From Spirochaetota bacterium (lineage in GTDB: Bacteria > Spirochaetota > UBA4802 > UBA5550), in NCBI GenBank assembly GCA_963664815.2, contig CAXXHB010000003.1, forward strand, positions 768,001 to 832,000: 64,000 nucleotides of DNA, written 5' to 3'. Made by a program: the position numbers and the translations under genes. Under the pieces are notes generated by a model. It made no database searches, was not told the origin of the DNA, and saw nothing but the letters and a program-made list of their open reading frames with translations. Within the stretch, counting starts at the first letter, position 1. The number at the start of each line of letters is the position of its first letter. Of the stretch, positions 27,978 to 38,961 are shown piece after piece.

Positions 27978-29726
27978 CTACTTATTCAGCTTTGCAAACA
28001 GCATAATACCGCGTGTATCCCTGAATTCAGAAAATCTCGGGTCTGAAGTAATCACATCAGGATTAAACTCAGTTATATTTATTCTATTGCCGTTCATTCC
28101 CAGCGAAATCAGATAGTTCTTAATTGACGACATCCTGCCTTCCGCCAGTTTTTTATTGATATCAAAACCCCCCGTCGGATCGTTGAACGCAATTATATCC
28201 ACGTTGATATCGGGATATTTTTTCAGTATTTCATAAATTTTATTTGTCTGAAGTATCTGGTTACTGCCTACTGATGTCACACCAGCAGGAAACTGTATTA
28301 TTATTTTCTGAATTTCCTGGCGTATAAAAAGAATCTGCAGATCATTGAATCTGTTTTCAAAAGATTCTATCTTATTATTAAATTTTTCTACAGTTCTGAA
28401 ATCTGCAGATACTGTTTTATTTTTTATAATCTTTATTTCTGGAAAAGAGGCAACGGTTTTATTAATCTCTTCACCGGTTTGCGGAGACGCCACTACTCCC
28501 TTTATAATAATGGTATCTCCATTAACATCACATTCTATGTCATTTGTAAACGGAGGAAGAGCTTCAGCCAGTTTTGATATTATTGTATTTTCAAGAATGG
28601 AATCTCTTATCTCTCCGGTTATAAAAAGAACGCAGAAAATTAATGCTGTTATTCCTGTTATTCCAGCTGTTATTTTGAGTTTTTTATAAGATTTTTCACC
28701 CGGACCTCCGGGATAATTTACCATATTTGATCTGCTGATAAACTCATTAAGCATCCCGGAGATTCCTCCGAAATTATCCATAGACCCTTTAAAACTTTTA
28801 AGCAGATCCCTGTATTTCCGGTGAATATCATTCAATAAAAAATCTATATTATTGTTAATTTCAAGAGTTGTAGAACCGTGAATTACTACCGCAGCATAAA
28901 AATATATGTTTTCAAAAATTTTTATTTTTGATTCACCAAAACTGATTTCATTCAATTCACTGTCTTCTTTATTAAAAGAAGTTCGGGTAAAATCAGTTAT
29001 TGCAGAGAGCATAGCTGCTACGAGATCCCGATCTGCTTCACTGTTCTCAAACCTGGATCCCTGAGCAATAAGAACTGATGATTTTTTTTCAATAATCAGA
29101 ATTTCATCTATTACACATGGAAGTGATTCCCTCAGGATTATTTCTGCAAGTGGGAGTCCGGATTTAAGTGCAAGAAATTTGTATTTCCACATCTTAAGAC
29201 TCATAGATGACTCAAGTCTGTCATTTATATAGCTTACAAGATCCCTGAATGCGTCAGCAATTTTTTTTGTAATGACTTTACCGATTACCGGAGTTATTAT
29301 ATCAAAAAGATCTGAGGCAGGGATATATTTCATGCTTTTCATGTAGTCTACTTCATGTTCCAGATGTTTTATTTTTCTTGCATTTATATATGCAAGTGTA
29401 ATTTCTTCAATTTTCTCATCTATTTCATGAAATGATATATGAACAAATTTTCCTACTGGTTTGAATTCTATAATTCTGCATCGATGGAGAGAGTTAATGC
29501 TCTGATAAACCTCCATGGCTGTAAGTTCGGCAGATTCCGCGATAACATTGTAGTGTGTCCGGACTTCCACTTTTCCCTGGCTGGACAGATCAAGTAAAAC
29601 TCCCAGCACAATTGCATCAGTATCATCAAGCTTATATTTTTTTAGATAGTGCCTTAGTACAGGGTTATCGAGAAGAGAGGTTTTGTTTATCAAAGCGAGT
29701 TGCTTTTTAATTTCTTCTTTTTTCAT
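27978..29726 (-). CDS. Membrane protein: wHTH-like, longin/roadblock-like, TM, BON, OmpA-like C-terminal domain
   Basis: DLVAAMLSAITDF..SF...L.EI.FG cytoplasmic motif; TM ITAGITGITALIFCVLFI; BON I...V.G.TIII.G.V; OmpA F..G, DPTG...N.KL...R...I..YL...G. Confidence 0.75.
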   Translation of the reverse strand: MKKEEIKKQLALINKTSLLDNPVLRHYLKKYKLDDTDAIVLGVLLDLSSQGKVEVRTHYNVIAESAELTAMEVYQSINSLHRCRIIEFKPVGKFVHISFHEIDEKIEEITLAYINARKIKHLEHEVDYMKSMKYIPASDLFDIITPVIGKVITKKIADAFRDLVSYINDRLESSMSLKMWKYKFLALKSGLPLAEIILRESLPCVIDEILIIEKKSSVLIAQGSRFENSEADRDLVAAMLSAITDFTRTSFNKEDSELNEISFGESKIKIFENIYFYAAVVIHGSTTLEINNNIDFLLNDIHRKYRDLLKSFKGSMDNFGGISGMLNEFISRSNMVNYPGGPGEKSYKKLKITAGITGITALIFCVLFITGEIRDSILENTIISKLAEALPPFTNDIECDVNGDTIIIKGVVASPQTGEEINKTVASFPEIKIIKNKTVSADFRTVEKFNNKIESFENRFNDLQILFIRQEIQKIIIQFPAGVTSVGSNQILQTNKIYEILKKYPDINVDIIAFNDPTGGFDINKKLAEGRMSSIKNYLISLGMNGNRINITEFNPDVITSDPRFSEFRDTRGIMLFAKLNK

Positions 29727-30107
29727 AATTGATCTTCCCGATTTATTGGCCTAAAAAAATGTCTTTCATCTGAAATCTTTAATTAAGATACTGAAAGAAA
29801 CATCCGGAATCTCTGAAAATTATATTTAATCTTCAAAAAAATGTGAGATCAGCATATTCTCTCTGTAGTTTATTTTAGACCATTTATCAGATCAGGCATT
29901 ACGCGTAAATTATAAAATACATAAAAAATCTGATTAACTGATGCTTAAAATAACGGATTTGTCAATAGCGATTTTCTTTGTACTTCAAATGGTTCAGCTT
30001 AGACTGGTATAAGTGTTGCGACCCTGGTTAGTGGGTATAACTTTTTGTTTTCTGGTAAATAATCTGATGTAATTAATAATTGCTCAAGAAATTACATGTA
30101 AATATTA

Positions 30108-30136
30108 TTGACTTTTAATGTTTACCGGATTATATT
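30108..30136 (+). promoter_or_regulatory. Sigma70-type promoter
   Basis: TTGACT-17 bp-TATATT, 42 bp before ATG 30179. Confidence 0.6.
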
Positions 30137-30178
30137 CATTTGTATCACTCCTTCCAATAAAATAAAGAGGTCTATTCT

Positions 30179-30856
30179 ATGTCATTAAAAAAAATTTCTC
30201 TGTTTTCTATGTTTGTGCTGTTACTGATAGGTTTAGCTTATGCAAAGGAATACGATAAGCAGTATGCCAAAGCTTACGGCACCGGCATAATCATAGCTTC
30301 TGATAAAGGTCTTCCGCTAAGAGACAAGTTTGATAAATCGCAGGTTGAATTTAAAGATGGTACTTCGTATGTTAAAGGTGGCGCCGGGGCAACTTTCAGT
30401 TTCAGGGCATTTTTAAAAGATGGTAAAGATTATAATTATTATATGAGTAAATTTAAAAAAGGGTATGATACCAAGAAAATTGTTGAAGGTTCTGAAAGAA
30501 TTGTTATTACATTCTGGACATCACACTCTTTCAGAGGTGATAAAGAGCTGGAAAAATGGCCGGCAAAGCTCAGTGATGGAGATCATCTTGAGGGTGGAGG
30601 ACTTGGCCATATGGATTTTGGGATGAGTGAAGTAATGGACTACAAGGATACCGGAGCAGACTATGAAAATATTAAAACCAACTTTGACGGCGCATTTGAA
30701 AACTGGCTTGTTAATGCAAAGCCCGGTTATAAAATGTACATGCTGCTGAGAATCGGTTTCGTATTAAACACAACCTGGGATCCTATTAATCAGCAATGGA
30801 ATACAATGTGGTGCCAAAGTGAGCCTCTGGCTGCAGGTACAGCAGAATTCAGATAA
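30179..30856 (+). CDS. Secreted hypothetical protein (paralog of 43208..43900)
   Basis: Signal peptide ending AYA; shared KAYGTGI.IASDKGLP, EGSER, WTSH, NAKPGYK. Confidence 0.8.
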   Translation: MSLKKISLFSMFVLLLIGLAYAKEYDKQYAKAYGTGIIIASDKGLPLRDKFDKSQVEFKDGTSYVKGGAGATFSFRAFLKDGKDYNYYMSKFKKGYDTKKIVEGSERIVITFWTSHSFRGDKELEKWPAKLSDGDHLEGGGLGHMDFGMSEVMDYKDTGADYENIKTNFDGAFENWLVNAKPGYKMYMLLRIGFVLNTTWDPINQQWNTMWCQSEPLAAGTAEFR

Positions 30857-30860
30857 TTTT

Positions 30861-30898
30861 AAAAGGCTGTATCAAAGATCTCCGATACAGCCTTTTTT
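30861..30898 (+). terminator. Intrinsic terminator
   Basis: AAAAGGCTGTATC...GATACAGCCTTTTTT immediately after the stop. Confidence 0.8.
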
Positions 30899-31140
30899 AG
30901 AATCATTTTTAAGCCTCGGATGTTGTTAATTCATACTACGGAGTTATGGTTTACACCCCTTGTGATTAACTTATTATCTGCTATAATTAGCCGGTAATAA
31001 TAAAAACGGATTTATCAATGCAGATTAAATATTTGATGCTGATAAACCGGTTTAATTAACTGCACGTGTTGCATTTCGGTTTGTTGAGTAGAGTTGAACA
31101 ATATTTAAAATTTCAGCAGGGATATAATGTAATTTTAGGA

Positions 31141-31175
31141 ATTTTCTGCCCGCAGGTTGGGTACGGGCAGAAAAT
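31141..31175 (-). terminator. Hairpin downstream of hbd
   Basis: ATTTTCTGCCCG...CGGGCAGAAAAT. Confidence 0.6.
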
Positions 31176-31221
31176 CTGGAAAAAATATATTTTTACGCCG
31201 TCATGTATATCTGGTTAAGTA

Positions 31222-32070
31222 TTAACTTTTGCTGTAGTCAAAAAATCCTTTACCTGTTTTCATGCCAAGAAGCCCGCCGCGTACCATCTTCTTAAGAAGA
31301 GGTGACGGTCTGTATTTTGTATCTCCGAATTCTGAATAGAGAACATTCATTACTGAGAGGATTATATCGTTTCCGATTAAATCAGAAAGGGCAAGAGGCC
31401 CCATTGGGTGATTTGCGCCGAGTTTCATCGCTTCATCGATATCAGCTGCAGAGGCAATTCCGTCAGCGAGAATACAGATTGCTTCATTTATCATCGGGAC
31501 AAGTATTCTGTTTACTACAAATCCCGGCGCTTCTTCTACTTCCACCGGAGTTTTGGAGATATCTGTTGTCAGTTTAATAATGGCTGATGTTACGTTGTCG
31601 GATGTTGCAATTCCTCTGATTATTTCAACAAGTTTCATCATCGGTACTGGATTGAAAAAGTGCATTCCTATAACTTTGTCAGGTCTTTTTGTTGCTGAAG
31701 CAATTTCAGTTATAGAGAGAGATGATGTATTTGTCGCAAAGATTGCTGAAGGCTTGCATATTTCATCGAGTTCTTTGAATATTTTTTTCTTGATTTCCAT
31801 GTTCTCAACAGCTGCTTCAATTACAAGGTCAGAGTCGGAAGCATCAGAGATCTTTGTTGTAGTTTTTATTCTGCTTAAAGCCTGGGTTTTTGCTTCAACG
31901 GTAATTTTTTCCTTTGCGGCAAGTTTATCAAGATTTTTTGTAATCAGTGATAAACCTTTTGCAACGAATGATTCCTCAAGGTCACGCATTACAACATCAT
32001 GTCCATGCTGTGCTAGAACCTGAACTATGCCTGCACCCATTGTGCCTGAACCAAGTACTGTTACTTTCAT
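31222..32070 (-). CDS. hbd: 3-hydroxybutyryl-CoA dehydrogenase
   Basis: [54 protein letters not shown]. Confidence 0.93.
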   Translation of the reverse strand: MKVTVLGSGTMGAGIVQVLAQHGHDVVMRDLEESFVAKGLSLITKNLDKLAAKEKITVEAKTQALSRIKTTTKISDASDSDLVIEAAVENMEIKKKIFKELDEICKPSAIFATNTSSLSITEIASATKRPDKVIGMHFFNPVPMMKLVEIIRGIATSDNVTSAIIKLTTDISKTPVEVEEAPGFVVNRILVPMINEAICILADGIASAADIDEAMKLGANHPMGPLALSDLIGNDIILSVMNVLYSEFGDTKYRPSPLLKKMVRGGLLGMKTGKGFFDYSKS

Positions 32071-32441
32071 TTTTCTTCCTCTCTTTAATTTTTTTTGGTG
32101 AAAATCACTTTTCAGTAAATACAGTTTTCATTTTGAAAAAAATGAAAGACCGTTCTTCTGAATCCGGATCACCTCATAATCAATTTTAAAACTAATTATC
32201 AGTATATAAAATCAGCTGAATCCTGTTAAAACCGGGTTCAGCAATATTATTACTGATCATGTGTAATATCATTAAGCCATAACAGAAGTTGATTCAATAG
32301 TCTATGTGTCTTAAATTCTGTGGTCATAACAGTTTTTTTGATGTAACCAGTCTGATATGTACAGTTAGATGAATATATTTTGTTTAAAAAGCGGGCGTAC
32401 TTGAATGAACTGTTGATCTTTAATCTGTTTTATATTTCGCC

Positions 32442-32470
32442 TTGACTATGAGGTTTATTATAAGTATATT
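32442..32470 (+). promoter_or_regulatory. Sigma70-type promoter
   Basis: TTGACT-17 bp-TATATT. Confidence 0.55.
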
Positions 32471-32555
32471 TTAATGAAAAATCTGATAAATGGATACTGT
32501 CAAATAAGGGATTTGCCGGTTTTTATATGATTATTGAGATAGAGGAGTTTCCAGC

Positions 32556-35441
32556 ATGGGCTACCCATATATGTTTTTCAAATCTGGCTGGAAAAGCAGG
32601 ATACGGCTGCTTGTCAGCAATTTCCTGATAAGAACTATTCCGCCATTCATGGTGCTGGCACTCCTTTCAGGATATCTTTTCTGGTATATTGTTCCATTGA
32701 TTGAAGAAAGTCATACAGAACACAGCATTGAACTCTCAAGAAGACTGATTGATATTGCCCTCAGCGATCTGTCCAACTGGCATTCGGAAGTTGATCGTGG
32801 AGTCATAAATGAAAAATACGCAAAAAAAGCAGCCCTTGAACACCTTAGAGGATTAAGGTTCGGGAGAGAATTAAATAATTATTTCTGGGTGCTTGATAAT
32901 AACGGGGTAGTAATCATGCATCCCTACCGTCGTGATCTTGAGAACAGAAATCCTGGAGAGGTTACTGGTCCTGACGGGGAACTGCTGAGAATACTTTTCA
33001 GCAGGATGACTGAAGCTGCAAAAACTCCTGAAGGGGGAACAATAAAATACAGATGGCATCACAATGAAAGAATTGAGGCTGTTGAAGAGAAGGTTTCCTA
33101 TGTAAGAAAGTTCAGTCCATGGGGATGGACAGTTGGAACAGGGTATTATACAACTGAAATTGAAACCGAGCTTAAGCACCTCAAGAAAAAGATTACAATA
33201 GCCGGTATTGCACTTGCCTTTGTCACAAGCCTCATCGCATTTATCCTTTCCGTCAGGTATGTCAGTATAAGAGCCGATGAAATCAGCACAAGGAGGGAGC
33301 TGGAGGATAGTGAAAAAAAATTCAGGATTCTCTTCGAAAACAGTCCATTCAGTATATCAGTCAATACTCTGCAGGACTGGAAATTTATGGCTGTTAACCC
33401 TGCATTTGTCAAATTATCAGGATACAGTGAGTCCGAAACAATAGGCAGAACGCTCTCTGAACTCGGGATTGCCGATGACCGGACAGAGTTAATAAAACAG
33501 TCTGGAACTCTCAGGGAGAAGAATACCATTATTAATAATTTTGCAAGAATGATCACAAAAAATGCTGAAGAGAAACATATAATTTATTCCTCTGTTCTCA
33601 TCGTTATCAGGGGGATAGAGTGTGTTCTGACACAGTCCATAGATATTACAGAAAATATTATTCTTGAGAAAAATATAAGCGAACTTGAAAATCAGATTGC
33701 CGGAAGGATTGCAGACCTTGCCAGACTGGACAGCCTTCTGACCAAAAAGGAATATGAGATTGATGATATCAAATCGCAGCTTGAATTGAGCACACGGGCA
33801 TTTGAAAATGCGACAGAGGGTTTTGTTATAACCGATACTGAGGCAAATATTATATCAGTCAACAGGGCGTTCACCGAGATTACCGGATACTCAATGGCTG
33901 AACTCAAAGGTAAAAACCCCAGAGTTCTCAAATCAGCAAGGCACGACGCCTTGTTCTATGAAAGAATGTGGCATGATCTTACCGTGTCAGGAACATGGAG
34001 CGGTGAAATATTCAACAGGAGAAAAAACGGTGAAATATATCTTTCGTTTCTCAATATTGCGGCAGTACGGAATAAAGAGGGGATTACAATAAACTATATA
34101 GGCGTTAACAGTGACCTTACGGAAATTCAGAGAAGCCGCGACATGCTTCAGCACCAGGTGATGCATGACAGCCTCACTTCGCTTCCCAACAGGTTTCTGC
34201 TTCTGGACAGGCTCGGTATTGCATGCAGCCGCGCGGCTGAACAGGGTTCAAGCATTGCCGTTATAATGCTTGGACTGGACAGGTTTGACGGAATCAACAA
34301 GGCGATGGGCTATCTTGCAGGAGATGATATCCTCATCAAGTCGGCTGAAAGGCTTAAAAACGCAGCAGACAGAAAGATGACCCTCGCGAGATTCGGAGGC
34401 GATGAATTTGTCATCCTCTTTCAGTTCAACGGCAGTCTGGATGATCTTGTTCCTTTTATAAACAGGATTCTTGATGAAATACGGGAGCCTTTCATTTCGG
34501 GAGATGAAAGGCTTATGCTGACTGCAAGTATTGGTGTTGCAATCTCTCCGCAGGATGGTGATGATCCGAATCTTCTGATTAAAAATGCATCCCTGGCCCT
34601 TGACAGGGCTAAAAGAGAGGAAAGGAACACCTTCAGATTTTTTACCGGTGACCTGGATGAAAGATTTAAAAACAGACTCAGAATGGAGAACGATCTGAAG
34701 AATGCAGTGAATAAAAATGAATTTATTCTATATTACCAGCCAAAGGTAAACGCTTCAACCGGAAAAGTCAAAGGTATGGAGTCTTTAATAAGATGGGAAA
34801 GGCCCGGCATAGGACTTGTATCTCCATCCGAGTTTGTCCCTTTTGCCGAAGAGATTGGAATAATTTCAGGCCTGGGGAGTTATGCTCTCAGTGAAGCATG
34901 TCTTTTCAGCCGGAAACTTTTATCAGACGGTTATGACCTTATAGCGGGAGTAAACATATCCCCGAAGCAGTTTATGGAAAGTGACTTTTCAGAAAAAATA
35001 ATAAATGCAGTCAAAGATGCCTCTATACCATTTTCATGCATAGAACTTGAAATAACAGAGGGGGTAATAATGCATGATATTAAAAGATCTATAGAGATTA
35101 TGGATTACCTCAGGGGTCTGGGAGTGCGTTTTTCACTGGATGATTTCGGCACAGGCTATTCCTCTCTGTCTCATATAATGAATCTGCCGCTTTCCGCAAT
35201 TAAGATTGATAAGTCTTTCATTGATGATATTGCTGAAAATTCAGATACAAGAGCGGTGGTGTCTGCCCTTGTTGTCATGGCAAGGAAACTCAATCTTGAA
35301 CTGGTTGTTGAGGGTGTTGAATCAATACGACAGCTGGATGTGCTGAAATCTATTGATGAAAATATAATTATACAGGGATACTTTTTTTCCAGACCGCTCT
35401 CCGAAGAGAATTTTATCATTTACCTGGGTAGTAACTACTGA
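32556..35441 (+). CDS. Membrane Cache-PAS-PAS-GGDEF-EAL protein
   Basis: sCache_2 (NYFWV..MHP, W.W.VGTG.Y); PAS (VN.AF..ITGYS..E..GKNP, WSGE); ARFGGDEF; YYQP, ESLIRW, DDFGTGYSS, KIDKSF, EGVE, QGYFFSRP. Confidence 0.95.
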   Translation: MGYPYMFFKSGWKSRIRLLVSNFLIRTIPPFMVLALLSGYLFWYIVPLIEESHTEHSIELSRRLIDIALSDLSNWHSEVDRGVINEKYAKKAALEHLRGLRFGRELNNYFWVLDNNGVVIMHPYRRDLENRNPGEVTGPDGELLRILFSRMTEAAKTPEGGTIKYRWHHNERIEAVEEKVSYVRKFSPWGWTVGTGYYTTEIETELKHLKKKITIAGIALAFVTSLIAFILSVRYVSIRADEISTRRELEDSEKKFRILFENSPFSISVNTLQDWKFMAVNPAFVKLSGYSESETIGRTLSELGIADDRTELIKQSGTLREKNTIINNFARMITKNAEEKHIIYSSVLIVIRGIECVLTQSIDITENIILEKNISELENQIAGRIADLARLDSLLTKKEYEIDDIKSQLELSTRAFENATEGFVITDTEANIISVNRAFTEITGYSMAELKGKNPRVLKSARHDALFYERMWHDLTVSGTWSGEIFNRRKNGEIYLSFLNIAAVRNKEGITINYIGVNSDLTEIQRSRDMLQHQVMHDSLTSLPNRFLLLDRLGIACSRAAEQGSSIAVIMLGLDRFDGINKAMGYLAGDDILIKSAERLKNAADRKMTLARFGGDEFVILFQFNGSLDDLVPFINRILDEIREPFISGDERLMLTASIGVAISPQDGDDPNLLIKNASLALDRAKREERNTFRFFTGDLDERFKNRLRMENDLKNAVNKNEFILYYQPKVNASTGKVKGMESLIRWERPGIGLVSPSEFVPFAEEIGIISGLGSYALSEACLFSRKLLSDGYDLIAGVNISPKQFMESDFSEKIINAVKDASIPFSCIELEITEGVIMHDIKRSIEIMDYLRGLGVRFSLDDFGTGYSSLSHIMNLPLSAIKIDKSFIDDIAENSDTRAVVSALVVMARKLNLELVVEGVESIRQLDVLKSIDENIIIQGYFFSRPLSEENFIIYLGSNY

Positions 35442-35749
35442 AGCTTGCTTCATTCAGCCGCTTCATGTTTTTTTGTTAATAACCGATAACAGACCCCCCT
35501 CCGATTTTTATTATTTCCTGATTTGTAACCGTATTATTTAATTCTTAATAACTGTTTTATAATTTATGTAGCCGGTGTAAGTAGCAATTTAACTGTCACA
35601 GGTTACTGAATTAAAAGTGCAAATCCCTATTTACAGAATACTTTTTCAGCAGTACATTCACGATGTATTTGAGATCAAGTAAGTACACAATACTGAAAGC
35701 GATCAGGATATTTATTACGATTTTATAAATATTACATAAGAGGTGTACT

Positions 35750-36763
35750 ATGAAACTTTTCACAACAGACGCAGGCACGATCAGAGGAATAGGAGGTGTA
35801 AATGCACTGCTGAACTTCATCGATCACAAAACATCCGGTATCCGTTACAATGCGTTATCAGCACTTGCCGGAGTTCCGGATATGAATGATGCCACTATCA
35901 GCAGGCTGAAAAAAATGGCAGAAGACAGATCGCCGATAGTAAAAAAGGCTGCAATACTTAAGCTGGCGGGGGTGATCCCGGGATATGTATCCGGAGGCTT
36001 TGTTGACATCGTTGCAGAAGGTTCAAAAGACGAGAAGCTTGAACTTCTCAAAATTATTGAAAAGCGCGGCAAATCCGGAGATGAAACCATACTGATGGTA
36101 ATCATGCATGGACTGCGTGATAAAAATGAGTCGGTAAAACTCCAGGCCCTTGCAGCTGCTGAAGCATCAGGGAGCAAACATCTGGTTCCATATGTTGCAG
36201 GATGTCTCAATGCAAAACATCACAAAGTCCGTATTTATGCAGCCGGTACTCTTTTCAAGGTCGGAGGAAAAGATGCAACAGATTATCTGATCGGATTGCT
36301 TGCAGACAAAAACATTGATGTCGTATCAACTGCGCGGCAATACCTTAAAAGGATAGACTACAGGCTGGCTGAAAAAGCAATTAAAGATGAAAAATTCATG
36401 TCACTTGTCAAAGGTATGAACGACAAAGAACCTGTACGTAAACTTACAATTCAGAAAATCGGCGAAGAGGAAATAAGAGAAGGTTTATCGCTGCTGCACC
36501 GCGGATGCTCAGACAGATACAGAGAGGTTCGTTTCGAGGCTTTAAAAGCAATATCAGTGTTTAAAAGCCCGTCATCAGTTGAATATGTTGAAAAACTGCT
36601 GAATGACAGGTCTTTAAATATCAGGATGGAGGCAATACGTACACTTGAAAGTATCGGTGACCAGTGTGCGCTAATAGCTCTTGAGTGGGGACTTGATGAC
36701 AGAAAAGACGTAGTAAGAAAAGCCGCCCATAATGCAATTGTCAGGCTTAAAAGTGTAAAATGA
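35750..36763 (+). CDS. HEAT/PBS-lyase repeat protein
   Basis: Periodic L.D....VR..A...L motifs. Confidence 0.85.
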   Translation: MKLFTTDAGTIRGIGGVNALLNFIDHKTSGIRYNALSALAGVPDMNDATISRLKKMAEDRSPIVKKAAILKLAGVIPGYVSGGFVDIVAEGSKDEKLELLKIIEKRGKSGDETILMVIMHGLRDKNESVKLQALAAAEASGSKHLVPYVAGCLNAKHHKVRIYAAGTLFKVGGKDATDYLIGLLADKNIDVVSTARQYLKRIDYRLAEKAIKDEKFMSLVKGMNDKEPVRKLTIQKIGEEEIREGLSLLHRGCSDRYREVRFEALKAISVFKSPSSVEYVEKLLNDRSLNIRMEAIRTLESIGDQCALIALEWGLDDRKDVVRKAAHNAIVRLKSVK

Positions 36764-36868
36764 AATAAGCTGATATTTAAGGTATTTCTCTCTGACGGCA
36801 TAAAACCCGGAAGAGAGAAATACATCACATTTTTCTTCGCATGATCGGGAATACGGCCTTTAAAGTTA

Positions 36869-37741
36869 TTATTTAAACTTTATCTGCGAGACAATCATTC
36901 CTGTTAGCATAAGCGCACATCCGGTATAACCCCTGATTCCCATAACCTCATGGAGTATAAGGTAGCCGCCGAGGCTTGCAAAAACTGTCTCCATACTGAG
37001 TACAATCGCGGCATGCGATGGTTTCGCATACTTCTGTCCGAATACCTGGAGTGTATAGGCAATACCCACCGAGCAGATACCGCCGTATAGTATAGGTATA
37101 AGGGCCATTTTAAAACCCTGAATTGTTGCTGTTTCAAAAATGAATGCTGTTCCGAGGCTTAAAACCGAGCATGTTGCAAACTGGATGAATGAAAGCTTTA
37201 GTGCATCTATGCTCTTTGTATAGTGATCAATTACAAGTATATGGAGGGCCCAGAATATCGCTCCTGTGAGTTCAAGAAGATCACCCTTCGAGATATAAAA
37301 ATCACCGGTAACACTCAGCAGGTACAGGCCAGTTATGGCGACGGTTGCCCCTGCCCACATACTGAGATTTATCGTATGCCTCAGAAATATACCGAAGACG
37401 GGAACAAGGATTATATAAAGGCCAGTGATAAAAGCTGCCTTCCCTGCAGTTGTTTCATTAAGACCTGCCTGCTGCAGTGATGCGGCAAGGAATAGCACTG
37501 CTCCTGTAACCGCGCCGGCTGTCAGTGTTTTCACGGCTGGTGCCATGCCGGCTTTCTGATGACGGCGGTTGTAGATAAGGAGGGGGAAAAGTGAAATGGC
37601 GCCAAGAGCAAACCTCACGCCATTAAAAGTAAATGCTCCCAGGTATCCCGCTCCAACGCGCTGTGCAACAAAAGCGAACCCCCATATTGCTGCAACAAGG
37701 AGCAGTATCAGATTAGCCTTTAACCCTTTCTTCTCATTCAT
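36869..37741 (-). CDS. DMT/EamA family transporter
   Basis: IWGFAFVAQR, LQQAGL..TTAGKAAFITGLY, YTLQVFGQK...PSHAA. Confidence 0.92.
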   Translation of the reverse strand: MNEKKGLKANLILLLVAAIWGFAFVAQRVGAGYLGAFTFNGVRFALGAISLFPLLIYNRRHQKAGMAPAVKTLTAGAVTGAVLFLAASLQQAGLNETTAGKAAFITGLYIILVPVFGIFLRHTINLSMWAGATVAITGLYLLSVTGDFYISKGDLLELTGAIFWALHILVIDHYTKSIDALKLSFIQFATCSVLSLGTAFIFETATIQGFKMALIPILYGGICSVGIAYTLQVFGQKYAKPSHAAIVLSMETVFASLGGYLILHEVMGIRGYTGCALMLTGMIVSQIKFK

Positions 37742-38070
37742 TGTAATCTTCCATGACAGGTATTTTTTAGTTTATATTCACTGCTATAGAAGGTATAAAT
37801 GATGTCAACAGGATTATTTTCCTTGGTATTCTGAAAAAAAGTTGAAAGTTTTGATGCAATACTTCCTACAATAACTATTATCCAGATTTGAATAAATATA
37901 AAATATATATTGTCCATTCAACGGGATGCTATTAATATTTTGAATTTAAAGTTATATTATCTGATGCTGATAAAACAGCTGTATGGCCAGTCGGGCAAAA
38001 ATGGGGATATAAAGATAATTCGTATTCCCTTGTAAATAAATCAGTAATAATAAACAATGGAGGCTGTATT

Positions 38071-38862
38071 ATGACTGCCAGTATTGAAGTAAGTAAAATT
38101 AATCATGTGGCCTGGATGCTGCTGAAAACCCAGACTCTCACACCGGAATTTCAGGAGGATTTTTTCACTGTAATGGATGAAATGGATCGGGATGATGATG
38201 TCCGCGTTGTTGTTTTAAAGAGTGCAAATCCCAAGATATTTTTTGCCGGGGCTGATCTGAAAGGAATATTTGCGGCACTTTCCAGAAAAGAAACGGGTAT
38301 CTATGCAACAATAAGGTCCGGAATGTCGGATTCATACCGTGTAATGGAACGCCTTGAGTATGCAGTCAAACCTTCCATTGCTGCTGTTGATGGCGCAGCA
38401 CTTGGCGGTGGATGTGAGCTTACCATGGCATGTGATATAGCCATTGCTGCGGATACTGCCTTTTTCGGCTTCCCTGAAGTAAAGCTGGGACTGATTGCCG
38501 CAGCTGGCGGAACAAGCCGGTTGCCGAAAAGAATCGGCAAACAAAAAGCCATGGATCTGCTTATAACCGGACGTACAATTACCGCCAGTGAGGCAAAGGA
38601 AATAGGTCTTCTGGCACGTGTGGTTACACAGTCATCTCTGCAGGATGAGGTGGAAAAAACAGCTGCCATGATCGCCGCCAATGCACCTCTGGCAGTGCAG
38701 GCTACCAAAGCCGTGGTTGCCAATGGGGAATCTATGCTGGAAAGAGGCCTGGGCAGGTACTCTGTGGATATGTCCTTTGAGCATTGTTTCAAGTCCAATG
38801 ACCTGTTTGAAGGGGTGAAATCCTTCATGGAGAAAAGAAAACCGGATTTTAAAGGGAACTGA
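38071..38862 (+). CDS. Enoyl-CoA hydratase/isomerase (crotonase family)
   Basis: FFAGADL, ALGGGCEL, FPEVKLG, EKRKP.F.G; both catalytic Glu present. Confidence 0.93.
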   Translation: MTASIEVSKINHVAWMLLKTQTLTPEFQEDFFTVMDEMDRDDDVRVVVLKSANPKIFFAGADLKGIFAALSRKETGIYATIRSGMSDSYRVMERLEYAVKPSIAAVDGAALGGGCELTMACDIAIAADTAFFGFPEVKLGLIAAAGGTSRLPKRIGKQKAMDLLITGRTITASEAKEIGLLARVVTQSSLQDEVEKTAAMIAANAPLAVQATKAVVANGESMLERGLGRYSVDMSFEHCFKSNDLFEGVKSFMEKRKPDFKGN

Positions 38863-38940
38863 TTTTACATCTTTTATATGTGCCTCAGCTGGCAAATGGT
38901 TAAAGTCAGCTGAATTTTTATAAAGGAGTTATTAAAAACC

Positions 38941-38961
38941 AGCCCCTGCACTGCAGGGGCT
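38941..38961. terminator. GC-rich hairpin after the crotonase gene
   Basis: AGCCCCTGCA-C-TGCAGGGGCT; weak U tract. Confidence 0.45.
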
